64,000 nt of DNA from Chloroflexota bacterium (lineage in GTDB: Bacteria > Chloroflexota > Dehalococcoidia > Lucifugimonadales > JADFKI01), in assembly GCA_027623195.1 (NCBI GenBank), contig JAQBUT010000009.1, positions 1 through 64,000 on the forward strand, read 5' to 3'. Below are positions 39,494-49,852 of the stretch, one piece after another. Both the position numbers and the translations under genes were made by a program. How positions within the stretch are numbered: the first letter of the stretch is position 1; each line of letters opens with the position of its first letter. The notes under the pieces are model-generated. The model had not been told where the DNA came from and searched no databases. It saw nothing but the letters and a program-made list of their open reading frames with translations.

Positions 39494-40102
39494 CTATTTT
39501 ATCCTCAGCGACGCCTCGGTATCTCGTGGGTCGTCGCCCGGTGTCCAGAGGCCGGTAGAACTAGCGGAATCGGGAGGGTGGGAGCCGGTTTCGTGCTCAT
39601 GTTCGTTGTCGCCGTCTTCTTCCTCGTCGTGTGGCTCAACTGGAATCAGCTTCTGATGTTCCTCCATGTGGTCGATATAGAGAATGCCGTTCAGGTGGTC
39701 AACCTCGTGCTCCAGAGCCTGCGAAAGAATGTCCTCGGCCTTGAATTTAACAATCTTTTCTGAATGATCCATAGCTCTGAATCTAATCCAAACCGACCTT
39801 TTAATCATGGCTCTGTAGCCAGGAATGCTAAGACAGCCCTCTTCAACCTCGCGCTCGCCGTCCCTTACTAGGATTTCAGGGTTTATGTAAATGCGTACCT
39901 CTTCCTCATCTGGAAGTTGTATCACGATTAGGCGCTTTAGTTCTCCTACCTGGTTGGCCGCCAGACCTACGCCGTTGGCCTGCTGCATGGTGTCTACCAT
40001 GTCGTAGGCCAAATGCAGCAACTCGGAGTCGATGCGCCGGATTTTCTTGGCTCGCTGCCGAAGAACCGGGTTAGGCAACTCGAGTATTGGTCTGATTGCC
40101 AA
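39494..40102 (-). CDS. def: Peptide deformylase with acidic/His-rich C-terminal tail
   Basis: GVGLAANQVG, EGCLS, HEVDHLNG; TTG start at 40102 after SD GAAGGAG. Confidence 0.95.
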   Translation of the reverse strand: MAIRPILELPNPVLRQRAKKIRRIDSELLHLAYDMVDTMQQANGVGLAANQVGELKRLIVIQLPDEEEVRIYINPEILVRDGEREVEEGCLSIPGYRAMIKRSVWIRFRAMDHSEKIVKFKAEDILSQALEHEVDHLNGILYIDHMEEHQKLIPVEPHDEEEDGDNEHEHETGSHPPDSASSTGLWTPGDDPRDTEASLRIK

Positions 40103-40293
40103 GGGCCAATCTCCTTCAACGCAACGGTTATAATGATGGTCGGGAACACCCCGGTCCGAACGCTTGTGACCGTCCGATATGCCCAACGCATTTTGCTAAC
40201 TTTAACTAATTATAACTGCCAACGCGTCGCACTGTAAACCTGTAAATAGGGTGCGGCACACGGGTTCCACACTGTCATCTGGGAGATTGGTTT

Positions 40294-41193
40294 GTGAAGA
40301 TACTGGTATCGGGCTCAACTGGACTGGTGGGTTCGGCGCTCGTGCCTTACCTCAAAGGTCAAGGCCTTGAAGTGGTCCGATTGGTCCGCAGAGCGGGCGA
40401 ACTTTCGGAGGGTGAAGTATTCTGGGATCCCGAACGTGGCGTGCTCCAATCGGATGACCTGAGCGGCGTGGAGGCCGCCGTGCATCTGGCAGGTGAGAGC
40501 ATAGGCGCCAAACGCTGGTCCGCTGCGCAAAAGCAACGTATCCGAGACAGCCGAGTCAAAGGCACCCTGCTTCTAAGTGAGGCTTTAGCTAGGTTGGAAC
40601 CTGTCCCTAAAGTACTGGCGTCTGCTTCCGCCATGGGCTTTTATGGCGATCAGGGAGATAAAGTTTTGGCTGAGGACGACTCCCCAGGGCATGACTTTCT
40701 TGCGGACGTAACCCAGGCGTGGGAGGAGGCGACCAGCCCTGCCTCTAACACAAGCACTCGAGTGGTGAATATGCGGTTTGGACTGGTGCTGGATGCCAAA
40801 GCCGATCTAATTCGCAAGACGCTGCCGCTGTTCAAACTGGGCTTGGGAGGAAGGTTGGGCAACGGCAGACAGTTCATGAGTTGGATTACCCTATCCGACC
40901 TGACCTGCGCGATCGGGCACGTCCTGGTCACTCCCAGTCTGAGCGGCCCCGTGAACATGAGCTCTCCAAATCCGGTAACGAACCGAGATTTCACAAGCAC
41001 ACTGGGCAGGATTCTTTCCAGGCCCACGATCTTCGCAGTGCCGGCGTTGGCCCTGAAATTAGGCGTGGGCGAAATGGCGGAGTCTATGCTGTGCAGCACT
41101 CGGATGAGCCCAAACAAGCTCATTGAGAGCGGTTTCGAGTTCGACCAGCCAGAGTTGGAAGCGGCACTACGAGAAGTGCTGGGAAAGCCCTAA
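40294..41193 (+). CDS. TIGR01777-family NAD-dependent epimerase (YfcH-like)
   Basis: SGSTGLVG, HLAGESI, GLGGRLGNGRQFMSWI. Confidence 0.92.
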   Translation: MKILVSGSTGLVGSALVPYLKGQGLEVVRLVRRAGELSEGEVFWDPERGVLQSDDLSGVEAAVHLAGESIGAKRWSAAQKQRIRDSRVKGTLLLSEALARLEPVPKVLASASAMGFYGDQGDKVLAEDDSPGHDFLADVTQAWEEATSPASNTSTRVVNMRFGLVLDAKADLIRKTLPLFKLGLGGRLGNGRQFMSWITLSDLTCAIGHVLVTPSLSGPVNMSSPNPVTNRDFTSTLGRILSRPTIFAVPALALKLGVGEMAESMLCSTRMSPNKLIESGFEFDQPELEAALREVLGKP

Positions 41194-41195
41194 CC

Positions 41196-41855
41196 ATGGT
41201 CTACCTGTGCGCCGCCATGATAACTCTGCTGATGCTGTTCGGGGCCTGTAGCACGCCACCTCAGAAGGTCACAATAACAGCGGTGCCAAACAGCACGACG
41301 GCCGCCATTGTTGTAACTGCATCTCCCACGGGAACCGCAATCGCCACGCTACCTTTGAAACCAGACCCACCCGTGCCAAATAACACACCTGTCGCCGATG
41401 TTGCAGCTCAATCGCCCACTCCTACCCCTAAAACAACGTCGAAGCAAGATGTGCTGGCAGCCCTAATCGGAGATGTCTACGCCAACGTAACTGAAGTCGA
41501 TGCCAGAGGGTCCGCAGGGGCGTATGCCTTTTCGGTTACCGTTCGAAGTCCAGATACGGGCTGCACCCAGTACGCCGACTGGTGGGAGGTTCTTAGTGAA
41601 GAGGGCGAGCTTCTTTACCGACGTGTCCTGGCCCACAGCCATACCGAAGAGCAGCCGTTTACGCGCTCCGGAGGCCCAGTCGAAATTGAAGCTTCCCAGG
41701 AGGTAGTCGTCAGGGCGCACATGAGCACGTCAGGGTACGGCGGGGAGGCGATGAAGGGCAGCCTCGCCAACGGGTTCGACATCGTGAAGCTCGGCCCGGA
41801 CTTTGCTCCGGACGGTGCGGACCACGGTCCCCTGCCCGATTCGTGCGCGTTTTAG
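41196..41855 (+). CDS. Conserved hypothetical lipoprotein
   Basis: Lipobox FGAC, Pro/Thr linker, domain with DTGCTQYADWWEV and HSHTEEQPFTRSGGP. Confidence 0.7.
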   Translation: MVYLCAAMITLLMLFGACSTPPQKVTITAVPNSTTAAIVVTASPTGTAIATLPLKPDPPVPNNTPVADVAAQSPTPTPKTTSKQDVLAALIGDVYANVTEVDARGSAGAYAFSVTVRSPDTGCTQYADWWEVLSEEGELLYRRVLAHSHTEEQPFTRSGGPVEIEASQEVVVRAHMSTSGYGGEAMKGSLANGFDIVKLGPDFAPDGADHGPLPDSCAF

Positions 41856-41874
41856 CGACTTGCACTAGACGGGG

Positions 41875-43017
41875 CTAGACGAGCGAAATGCCGTGAGAGG
41901 GGAAAACAAGTCTCTGCACGGCCTTCACACTGTCTTCGGCGAATGCCTTGCCTTCATCAATAACGGACTGCTGAATTGGCAGGTCCATTACATCACTCAA
42001 CGAATCCACCTGGTAGGCAGTTTTATAAGACTCCGGAATCTCATCAGCGAACACTTGACCGGATATCACGCCGTAATCCAGGGTCCACGCTCTAGCGACC
42101 GCCTGCAGGTCATATCCACCACCACCCAGGGCCAGCCACTTTTGCGGAGCCATGGCGGCAAACTCCGCAACGACGGCGCTGTGCCCCTGCGTGGTCAACG
42201 CCAGGTGAGTTATAGGGTCGCGAAAGTGCGAGTCTATGCCCAACTGAGTAACGAGTACATCGGGACGAAACCTCTCCACCACCGGAATGACCGTTTCCCG
42301 GAACGCCCAGAGGTAGACATCGTCTGATGTGTAAGGATAAAGCGGAACGTTTACCGCATACCCTCTGCCTCTGCCCGCGCCGGTCTCCTGAGTAAAGCCT
42401 GTGCCTGGAAACAGAAACGCTCCGGACTCATGCAGGGATATCGTGAGAACAGCATCCGTGTCGTAAAAGGCGTGCTGAACGCCGTCGCCGTGGTGGCAAT
42501 CGATGTCCACGTAGGCCACTTTCATACCCTCCTTGACGAGCCTCTGTATGGCAATCACGGGGTCGTTGAATACGCAGAACCCGTAGGCATATCCGGGCAT
42601 GGCGTGGTGCAGTCCACCGGATATGCTAAACGCCGCGTCGGCCTCATCCGAAAGCAGCGCCTCAACTCCACGTAACGATGCTCCCGTGGATGTGGACGCG
42701 GCCTCGTACATACCTCGATACGAAGGATTGTCGCCTGGGCCAAAATTAAACGGAGAGCCGGACACCGACTGGTCCCCCACGCTGAGGCCCTGTACGGCAT
42801 TCAGGTAATCCCGCGTATGGAACTGTAGAATCTCTTCTTCCGTAGCTGAACGAGGCGGAATCAGGACCGACCGTTCCTGTGCGAAGGCATCGTAAGAATC
42901 CAGCAGTTCGTAGGTGTAACGGAGGCGTTCGGGTTTCATGGGGTGAGTATCGCTGAGGCTGTGCTGGGATAAGGTATCGTCATACACGAATACGGACTTG
43001 CGGAGCATGGGAGGCAC
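41875..43017 (-). CDS. acuC: AcuC-like Zn-dependent deacetylase (HDAC family)
   Basis: HPMKPERL, GGLHHA, GFCVFND, DIDCHHGDG, GGGGY. Confidence 0.9.
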   Translation of the reverse strand: MPPMLRKSVFVYDDTLSQHSLSDTHPMKPERLRYTYELLDSYDAFAQERSVLIPPRSATEEEILQFHTRDYLNAVQGLSVGDQSVSGSPFNFGPGDNPSYRGMYEAASTSTGASLRGVEALLSDEADAAFSISGGLHHAMPGYAYGFCVFNDPVIAIQRLVKEGMKVAYVDIDCHHGDGVQHAFYDTDAVLTISLHESGAFLFPGTGFTQETGAGRGRGYAVNVPLYPYTSDDVYLWAFRETVIPVVERFRPDVLVTQLGIDSHFRDPITHLALTTQGHSAVVAEFAAMAPQKWLALGGGGYDLQAVARAWTLDYGVISGQVFADEIPESYKTAYQVDSLSDVMDLPIQQSVIDEGKAFAEDSVKAVQRLVFPSHGISLV

Positions 43018-43124
43018 TTCCTTGCGTATTTTGCGGACGCTACCCCCGTAAGGGCAAACATCAACTGGATCGGAAGAAACTATCTTCAGAGGACTGTGTT
43101 AATAAGACAGGCGTGCTTTATGGC

Positions 43125-43895
43125 TTAGAGGTCTATAACGGTATCGGCGTCCGCTACTTGGAACTCGATGCCCGTTTCCTTCGTAAGCTCTTTAAGCTCC
43201 TGTCTGATCTTGTCTTCCCAAGGCGGATTCATGTGCGCAATGATGACACGAGGAGTGTAATTATGCTGGGATTTAAATTTCTCCAGGACCTCTTTGAGGA
43301 GGGCCGGAGTCAGGTGACCCACATGGTCGGCGGTCTCTTCCATTTCGTTTCCAAAAGTAACCTCGGAAAGCAGCACGTCGGGTGAGACATAGGGCCAGAT
43401 ATCTGCAACGCCTCTACCCGTATCGCCCGTGTAAAAGAGCTTGGTATCATCGGAGCTAATCTGGAATCCAGCGGCAGGCACCGCGTGAGGCACGGGTACT
43501 GCCATTGCTGTGTAGCCGAGTACCTGGAATTCCTTTTTGAATTCAACAACGTGAACGCGGAACACCGGATTCTCAACCGATGGTGAACTTAGGAAGTCCG
43601 GAAATAGGCTCCCGTCCAACAGTTTGGATTTGATGAAATCCGCGGTATCTTGGATAGCGTAGATGTCCACCGTAACGCCGCTGTTTCTGATAGCAATGCC
43701 CAGCGGCAGCAAATCCTTTACGTGATCGAAGTGGCGATGGGAAAGGATAATGGCTCGAATCCGTTTCTGCTCATCGAATGTCAACGACCGGGTGAGGCCG
43801 CCTGCATCCAAAGCCAAAACCTCATCAATTAGGTGGGAAACCATACGAGTATCCCTGCTCTCCATGTTGTGAGCACCCAAGACGCGAAGTCGCAT
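43125..43895 (-). CDS. Metallo-beta-lactamase-fold hydrolase (class II cyclic-nucleotide phosphodiesterase-like)
   Basis: SHRHFDHV, VPHAV, YTGDTG, GHLTP. Confidence 0.8.
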   Translation of the reverse strand: MRLRVLGAHNMESRDTRMVSHLIDEVLALDAGGLTRSLTFDEQKRIRAIILSHRHFDHVKDLLPLGIAIRNSGVTVDIYAIQDTADFIKSKLLDGSLFPDFLSSPSVENPVFRVHVVEFKKEFQVLGYTAMAVPVPHAVPAAGFQISSDDTKLFYTGDTGRGVADIWPYVSPDVLLSEVTFGNEMEETADHVGHLTPALLKEVLEKFKSQHNYTPRVIIAHMNPPWEDKIRQELKELTKETGIEFQVADADTVIDL

Positions 43896-43998
43896 TTTTC
43901 TCTCTGCAAACCCTCATGTATGATTTTGTGCGCCATTCTAGCACAAGAGGATTTTTTTACGTAACGGACATACTGCCGCATAATTGAGAAATAAACAC

Positions 43999-45237
43999 TT
44001 ATTGGTAAAAATCCACATCTCCCTCCTCAAAAGGGTCTTCTACCCTGCGCAATCGCCTCACGAATATAGCAAGCATGGCAAATAGCATAGCGCCAGCTAT
44101 GATGACGGCGGTGCCCAGTGTACCGGGGTCCGGCAGCGCTGATATGGTAGCTCCGCGCATGATATTGGAACGCCATTGACGTTCCAACTCGTCTGTGCCA
44201 AAGCCATAAACGCCTGAAAACGCGCCCTCAAAGGGCCTACCCTGTTTCATGGAATCCAACAAACGGACCATACCCTCGGCGCCATGACTGTCCATGAGGT
44301 AGGATGTCAGGCTCCAGGATTGAGCGTAGAATAGGCTTACGTCTTCCGGGCGACCAGGAACACGGTCCATGGACCGAATAGGCAAAAGATCTCCTGACAA
44401 GGCAGCTCTGGAAACCGTCCGCCCTCTGCCCTTGTCGCCGGCCTCAAAATACATGGCCAGCCCTTCGTTCAGCCAGGCCGGGGTACGTGTGCCCGGTGCG
44501 TTGAGGGCCTCGTCCATGTAAAGATGGGTCATCTCATGGACCATTCCGTCTCGGTCTAGGTCGGCGAGAACAAATACGTCCATGTCTCCGAAGGCGAAGC
44601 CACCGTAAACATGTCTATCGCTGGTAGTCTGGCTTATCGGTGGGAAGCTCTCCAAGGACTCGCGACCGCTGTTGAGAATGACGGCCTTCTGAGGCCTGAT
44701 GGATGTGATTCCCAGTAGCTGCTTCACGTCCTCCAGGCGATGGGCTACGTCCTTTGCGATGGTCTCGACCCCTTCCGCAGACCGATCATGAAAGAGAATT
44801 TCCATATCGCCAACGAATAGCCTTTGCCACGCCTGAGATGCGTCCAGAAACTCTAAGGAGTACTCGTCAGTCTCCAAAACCTGGCCAGACGAGTTCGTGA
44901 TGACGTATCTGTAGCTAATGTCCGTGCCTTGCGGAATAAAACCGTCGCCGTCCGCGCGCAGCACAAATTCAGTACTGACCCTGAGCGCCGGAGAGAATCC
45001 AGGATAACCATACGAAGTCACTTCCTGGTTTCCCAGTCGATAGAAGATCTCCACCTCGGTTATTTCCGTGGATGAGCCAACTTCCAGGCGCAACGTTACG
45101 CGTGACGGAAAATCCAACTCGTGGGACGCCGACAAGACCTGTATGTGGTTCTCGACCTGGTTACGCCCCCAGTCAACTGGCGCACCCGTTCCGACCACAG
45201 CGGCCAAAACGCCTAAAATCAGGCCCCAAATGGCCAT
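43999..45237 (-). CDS. Secreted, membrane-anchored peptidase, MA clan (gluzincin)
   Basis: Signal peptide, HEMTH...WLNEGLA, C-terminal TM helix. Confidence 0.85.
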   Translation of the reverse strand: MAIWGLILGVLAAVVGTGAPVDWGRNQVENHIQVLSASHELDFPSRVTLRLEVGSSTEITEVEIFYRLGNQEVTSYGYPGFSPALRVSTEFVLRADGDGFIPQGTDISYRYVITNSSGQVLETDEYSLEFLDASQAWQRLFVGDMEILFHDRSAEGVETIAKDVAHRLEDVKQLLGITSIRPQKAVILNSGRESLESFPPISQTTSDRHVYGGFAFGDMDVFVLADLDRDGMVHEMTHLYMDEALNAPGTRTPAWLNEGLAMYFEAGDKGRGRTVSRAALSGDLLPIRSMDRVPGRPEDVSLFYAQSWSLTSYLMDSHGAEGMVRLLDSMKQGRPFEGAFSGVYGFGTDELERQWRSNIMRGATISALPDPGTLGTAVIIAGAMLFAMLAIFVRRLRRVEDPFEEGDVDFYQ

Positions 45238-45263
45238 TTATCGCTCCGCCGACCGTTCCGAAA

Positions 45264-45908
45264 CTATATGCCCACTATTTTGATCATGGAATGGGCTTTG
45301 TAGATTCTATTAATGTTCAGCAGCAGCGCGGTCAAGTCTTCGACGTAACGGGCGTTAGCCAATCCGCCGCCATCGACAGCCCTTACGCCGGATATAGCAT
45401 CCGCCAGAGCCATTACCTTCTGCTTGGCCTCTGAATCATCAGCGCAAACAACAACATCGGTATCCAATGCCCTGTCGGGAATTAGCAACTCCTGCGCACT
45501 GATGTTGTGGAACGCCGCCACCATAGGCGAGTTCGGAAGGATATCCCTGGCCTCTTCGGCAGCAGACCCCGCCTCCACTCGCATAGCGCTGGCCCTGCCC
45601 TTATCGAAAGCAAGGGGTGCTATGACGTTGACCATCAGCTTGCCTTCGAGGAGTTCTTTCAGGCTTTCCAACGTAGGCCGCTGCGCAGAATAGGGCACAG
45701 CGATGAAAACGATGTCCGATTCCCTGGCCACGTCAGCATTGCTTTTGCCCTCCACGGAGCCGGGAGGTGCGTCGCCGGCAAGACTATCGGCGGCTTCCTT
45801 CGCACGAGCCTCATCTCGGGAGCCGATCAACACCTTTTCTCCGGCCAAGGCGAACCTTAACGCCAGGCCTTTGCCTTCGGGACCAGTACCACCTATAAAA
45901 CCAATCAT
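45264..45908 (-). CDS. npdG: NADPH-dependent F420 reductase
   Basis: IGGTGPEGKGLALR, GSAAEE, AAFHNISA, LLLNINRIYK. Confidence 0.92.
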   Translation of the reverse strand: MIGFIGGTGPEGKGLALRFALAGEKVLIGSRDEARAKEAADSLAGDAPPGSVEGKSNADVARESDIVFIAVPYSAQRPTLESLKELLEGKLMVNVIAPLAFDKGRASAMRVEAGSAAEEARDILPNSPMVAAFHNISAQELLIPDRALDTDVVVCADDSEAKQKVMALADAISGVRAVDGGGLANARYVEDLTALLLNINRIYKAHSMIKIVGI

Positions 45909-46227
45909 GGAACACCTTCGAATCAGACGTAAATAGAATTGGCGGCCGAATAGACAGCCGCAGTTATTAACTGTACCGGCCAGTGCGCAATACGGTCAAC
46001 GACGCCAGAACAACTTTGCCCTCAATAAGCCCAAGTCATAGGATTCAGGATATGAGGCAGATCAACTCGAATCACATTTGGGGGTTCTGTAGGACAAGTA
46101 AACTGGCCATTAACTACTCATCAGATACCAGTGATCCCATCATTATGGGGGAAAAGACCACCCATTGCGCTATTCGGAAGCTTTCACTAGAATGAGGCCA
46201 AAAACCGGAGTGAAAGGAGAGTACAAC

Positions 46228-48273
46228 ATGCCTCAGTTTAGCACTGAAAAATTACGAAACGTCGTTCTTATGTCACACAGCGGTGCGGGCAAAACTATAC
46301 TTTCCGAGGCCATGCTGCATACAGCCGGCGTCACGAACCGGCTTGGCTCGATAGAGGACGGGACCACCGTTTCAGATTTCGAGCCAGAGGAGGAGCGTCG
46401 TAGAGGCAGCGTGCAGACCTCGGTCATTACGTGTCCGTGGCGCAACATCAAAATCAACCTTCTGGACACACCAGGTTACGCCGACTTCCGAGGCGAGGTG
46501 ATCTCGGCGACGCGAGTAGCCGACGCGGCAGTGATGGTCATAGCATGTCCATCCGGTGTAGAGGTAGGCACCACGCAGTTGTGGAAAATGGCCGATGAGA
46601 GGAATCTGCCGCGTGTGGTCTTCCTCAGCAAGATGGACAGGGAGAACGCAGACTTCGAACGCGCAATGGAGTCCATTACCCAACGATTTGGTCGGGAGTG
46701 CGTACCAGTCCAAATCCCCATAGGTTCTGAGGCTAATTTCTCCGGCATCGTGAACCTGCTTGACCCCAAATCACAGGCGCCGGATGCACTAGCCGACCAG
46801 GTCGCGGCAGCCCGGGAACGGCTCATTGAAGCGGTGGCCGAAGCCGATGATGATCTCGCCAACAAGTACCTGGAGGGCGATGAGATTACTCAGGCCGAGA
46901 TGATTGCCGGGCTCAAACAGGGTGTCATCGCCGGGCTCATCACCCCTGTTATGGTCGGGGCATCCACCGCAGAAATAGGGGTCAAGGAGCTTCTGGACGC
47001 TATATTAGACTTCCTGCCCTCGCCCGCAGATGTTGGTTCTGTAATAGCCGTAGCTGCTGATGGCGAGACTTCCCTGCCCCCCAACAACGATGGGCCTTTG
47101 GCGGCTCTGGTATTCAAGACTGCCGCTGACCAGTTTGTGGGGAAGCTTTCTTTCTTCCGCGTTTATAGCGGCAACTTTTCCAGCGATTCTCAATTATGGG
47201 ACGCCAACACCAGCGAGACGGAACGAATCGGACAAGTCTTCGTGGTAAACGGCAAGGAGCAAGAGGCGGTACCCGATCTAGCCACGGGTGACATCGGCGC
47301 GACGTCGAAGCTGAACTCTGTGATAACAGGTCATACTCTGTGCGCCAGAGAAAATCAGATGATATTAAAAGACCTGGAGTTCCCGCCACCCGTTTACCAG
47401 ATGGCTGTTTTCCCCAAATCACAGGTCGACGTCGATAAGATGAGCAGCTCCTTGGCACGCATAGTAGAAGAGGACCCTAGCCTAACGGTAACGCGCGACC
47501 CCAACACCTTGGAAACACTACTCGGCGGGCTGGGCGACACCCACTTGGAAATCGCGGTAGAAAAGATGAAACGAAAATTCGGCTGCGAGATGGTTCTGGA
47601 ACTGCCCAAAATTGCCTACAAGGAAACGGTGGCCGGCACCGCCAAGGTGGAGTACCGGCACAAGAAACAGTCCGGCGGGCATGGCCAGTACGGTCACGTA
47701 TGGCTGGAGATCGAACCGTTGGAGCGAGGCAGTGGATTCCAGTTTGCCCAAACTGTCGTAGGCGGGTCGGTGCCAAGGGAGTACATCCCGTCGGTGGAAA
47801 AGGGCGTATCCAAGGCGATGAGCGACGGCGCAATTGCCGGTTACCCAATTGTGGACGTAAAGGCGACTCTAATCGACGGCAGCTTCCACACCGTCGACTC
47901 CTCCGGCATCTGCTTTGAGATCGCCGGGGCCCATGCGCTGGTCATGGGGGTGCAACAAGCAAATCCCGTACTGCTGGAACCCGTCATGCAGGTACACGTA
48001 ATCGTGCCTGATGAGTTCGCAGGGGACATCATCGGAGACATGAACGCCAAGCGCGGACGCATTCACGGCATGGCGCCCCAGGGCGACGGTACGACTCTCG
48101 TTGAGGCCGACGCCCCGCAGGCTGAAATGCTACGGTACGCCACAGACCTTCGTTCCATGACACAGGGCCAAGGAACGTTCTCCATGGAGTTCGATCACTA
48201 TGAACAGGTTCCTGCCCACCTACTTGATAAAGTAATCGAGGATTCCAGGGTGCGGGAGGAGGCCAGGGCGTAG
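46228..48273 (+). CDS. fusA: Elongation factor G-like protein (EF-G2), outside the str operon
   Basis: SHSGAGKT, DTPG, SKMD, KKQSGGHGQYG; divergent switch I (RGSVQTS); SD AAAGGAG. Confidence 0.92.
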   Translation: MPQFSTEKLRNVVLMSHSGAGKTILSEAMLHTAGVTNRLGSIEDGTTVSDFEPEEERRRGSVQTSVITCPWRNIKINLLDTPGYADFRGEVISATRVADAAVMVIACPSGVEVGTTQLWKMADERNLPRVVFLSKMDRENADFERAMESITQRFGRECVPVQIPIGSEANFSGIVNLLDPKSQAPDALADQVAAARERLIEAVAEADDDLANKYLEGDEITQAEMIAGLKQGVIAGLITPVMVGASTAEIGVKELLDAILDFLPSPADVGSVIAVAADGETSLPPNNDGPLAALVFKTAADQFVGKLSFFRVYSGNFSSDSQLWDANTSETERIGQVFVVNGKEQEAVPDLATGDIGATSKLNSVITGHTLCARENQMILKDLEFPPPVYQMAVFPKSQVDVDKMSSSLARIVEEDPSLTVTRDPNTLETLLGGLGDTHLEIAVEKMKRKFGCEMVLELPKIAYKETVAGTAKVEYRHKKQSGGHGQYGHVWLEIEPLERGSGFQFAQTVVGGSVPREYIPSVEKGVSKAMSDGAIAGYPIVDVKATLIDGSFHTVDSSGICFEIAGAHALVMGVQQANPVLLEPVMQVHVIVPDEFAGDIIGDMNAKRGRIHGMAPQGDGTTLVEADAPQAEMLRYATDLRSMTQGQGTFSMEFDHYEQVPAHLLDKVIEDSRVREEARA

Positions 48274-48294
48274 GTTCTAGATAATATTGGGAAG

Positions 48295-48326
48295 AAAAAA
48301 GGGTCTGCCAAATGGCAGACCCTTTT
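48295..48326. terminator. Bidirectional terminator
   Basis: AAAAGGGTCTGCCA-AA-TGGCAGACCCTTTT. Confidence 0.85.
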
Positions 48327-48363
48327 GATTCTTGGCGTGTAATAACCCTACAAGGAAATCGGG

Positions 48364-48804
48364 TTATTCTCCTCTGGCGGACCAGATGGTCTGGTAATTT
48401 TCACCCCGGATTACCGCGGCCATCTCTTCTTTTTCCATGCGAATCAGGTCAGATAGCACATTCTCGCACTGACGCACCATCTCGGTATCGCCGCTATCTT
48501 GAAATCTCCGGACAATGCGTTCCCACAAGCCCAGATTGACCAGACTATCCACATACCTGGGCCAGGGCACCACGGTTAGGTTATGCACTCGAGGAAAACC
48601 AGGACGCAACCTTCGAATACTACGCAAACGCTCCTGAGGGGAAGCAACCATAGGCATGATCTTCACCATCGGTCTTGCGTCCACGTTTGACCTCGTATCG
48701 ATGACGACAGATTTGCGGAATGTCGGAAAGAAGATCGACATTACCTCGGCGGTATTAATGCTGCTCATTATCTCGTCGAGGTCGAAGACGAAATCATTGT
48801 CCAT
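48364..48804 (-). CDS. Hypothetical protein
   Basis: 146-aa ORF downstream of etfA with SD and normal composition; no family recognised. Confidence 0.7.
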   Translation of the reverse strand: MDNDFVFDLDEIMSSINTAEVMSIFFPTFRKSVVIDTRSNVDARPMVKIMPMVASPQERLRSIRRLRPGFPRVHNLTVVPWPRYVDSLVNLGLWERIVRRFQDSGDTEMVRQCENVLSDLIRMEKEEMAAVIRGENYQTIWSARGE

Positions 48805-48849
48805 TACAGCCTCTTTTCCCTTGCTTGTCTGGCTTGTTCACAACGTCGG

Positions 48850-49842
48850 TTAAGAATTGACGAGTTCCCGAACGGTTTCTATGAACGAAGGCATTACATT
48901 CTTCCAGTCACCAACAACTCCAAAGCTGGCTGCTTTGAATATGTTAGCATCGGCATCGCGATTGATGGCAACGATGTTCTTGGATGCAGCGCAACCAGCC
49001 ATATGCTGGCTTGCGCCAGAAATGCCTACTGTAATGTAAATATCGGGAGTGATGGTCTTGCCGGTTAGGCCCACCTGATAACTATGGTCTATCCACCCGG
49101 CGTCGCACACGGCACGGGATGCTCCTACTGCGCCGCCCAAAATACGGGCCAACTCGTGAAGCATTTCGAAGGCCTCAGCTCCGCCGATTCCTCTGCCTCC
49201 GCCCACAACAACGACGGCATCTTCCAGGCGAACCCCCTCCGACTCCTGCCTCACGGTCTGCACAAGCCTTGCCCTGACAATCGACGGGTCGAGACCTGGA
49301 TTAAACGTTACGACCTCACCCGTTCGGGATGAGTCCGCCCCTAGCGGCTCCACCGCCTTTGGCCTCACAACCAAAACCTGCATGCCGTCGCCAGGGAAGG
49401 TGACTTTGGCCAGAGCGTTACCACCATATACAGGCCGGGTTGCTACAACTCTCCCAGTAGCGGAGTCTGTGGTCATCTCAATGCAGTCCTGTGCGACGCC
49501 AACGCCGTGCCTGAATGCCAGCCTTGGCCCTAAATCTCGCCCAACAGGCGTCCTGCCAAAAAGCGCCACCGAGGGCTTCACTTCAATGCAAACCGCCTCA
49601 AATGCCCCTAATTGTGCGTCTGCCTGTGGGTCCTCCAGAAGAGGATCCTGAACGGAGTAGACCTTATCAGCGCCTCGGGCAATGGCGTCTTGCGAGGCCG
49701 CATCAGCGCCACTTCCCAGTAACGCTACTGTCACCTCATCTCCGGAACCCGCACTCAATCCACGTGCAGCGGCCAGAAGTTCGGAAGTTATTGATTGTAG
49801 ACCGTTCTGCCCGATCTCCCCGAATACCAGTATTCCACCCAT
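48850..49842 (-). CDS. etfA: Electron transfer flavoprotein alpha subunit
   Basis: RPVYGG, GASRAVCD, QVGLTGK, GISGASQH. Confidence 0.96.
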   Translation of the reverse strand: MGGILVFGEIGQNGLQSITSELLAAARGLSAGSGDEVTVALLGSGADAASQDAIARGADKVYSVQDPLLEDPQADAQLGAFEAVCIEVKPSVALFGRTPVGRDLGPRLAFRHGVGVAQDCIEMTTDSATGRVVATRPVYGGNALAKVTFPGDGMQVLVVRPKAVEPLGADSSRTGEVVTFNPGLDPSIVRARLVQTVRQESEGVRLEDAVVVVGGGRGIGGAEAFEMLHELARILGGAVGASRAVCDAGWIDHSYQVGLTGKTITPDIYITVGISGASQHMAGCAASKNIVAINRDADANIFKAASFGVVGDWKNVMPSFIETVRELVNS

Positions 49843-49852
49843 GCCTACTCCA

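Noticed and set aside
46228..48273. Divergent G-domain motifs in EF-G
   Set aside because: Typical of known EF-G2 paralogues.
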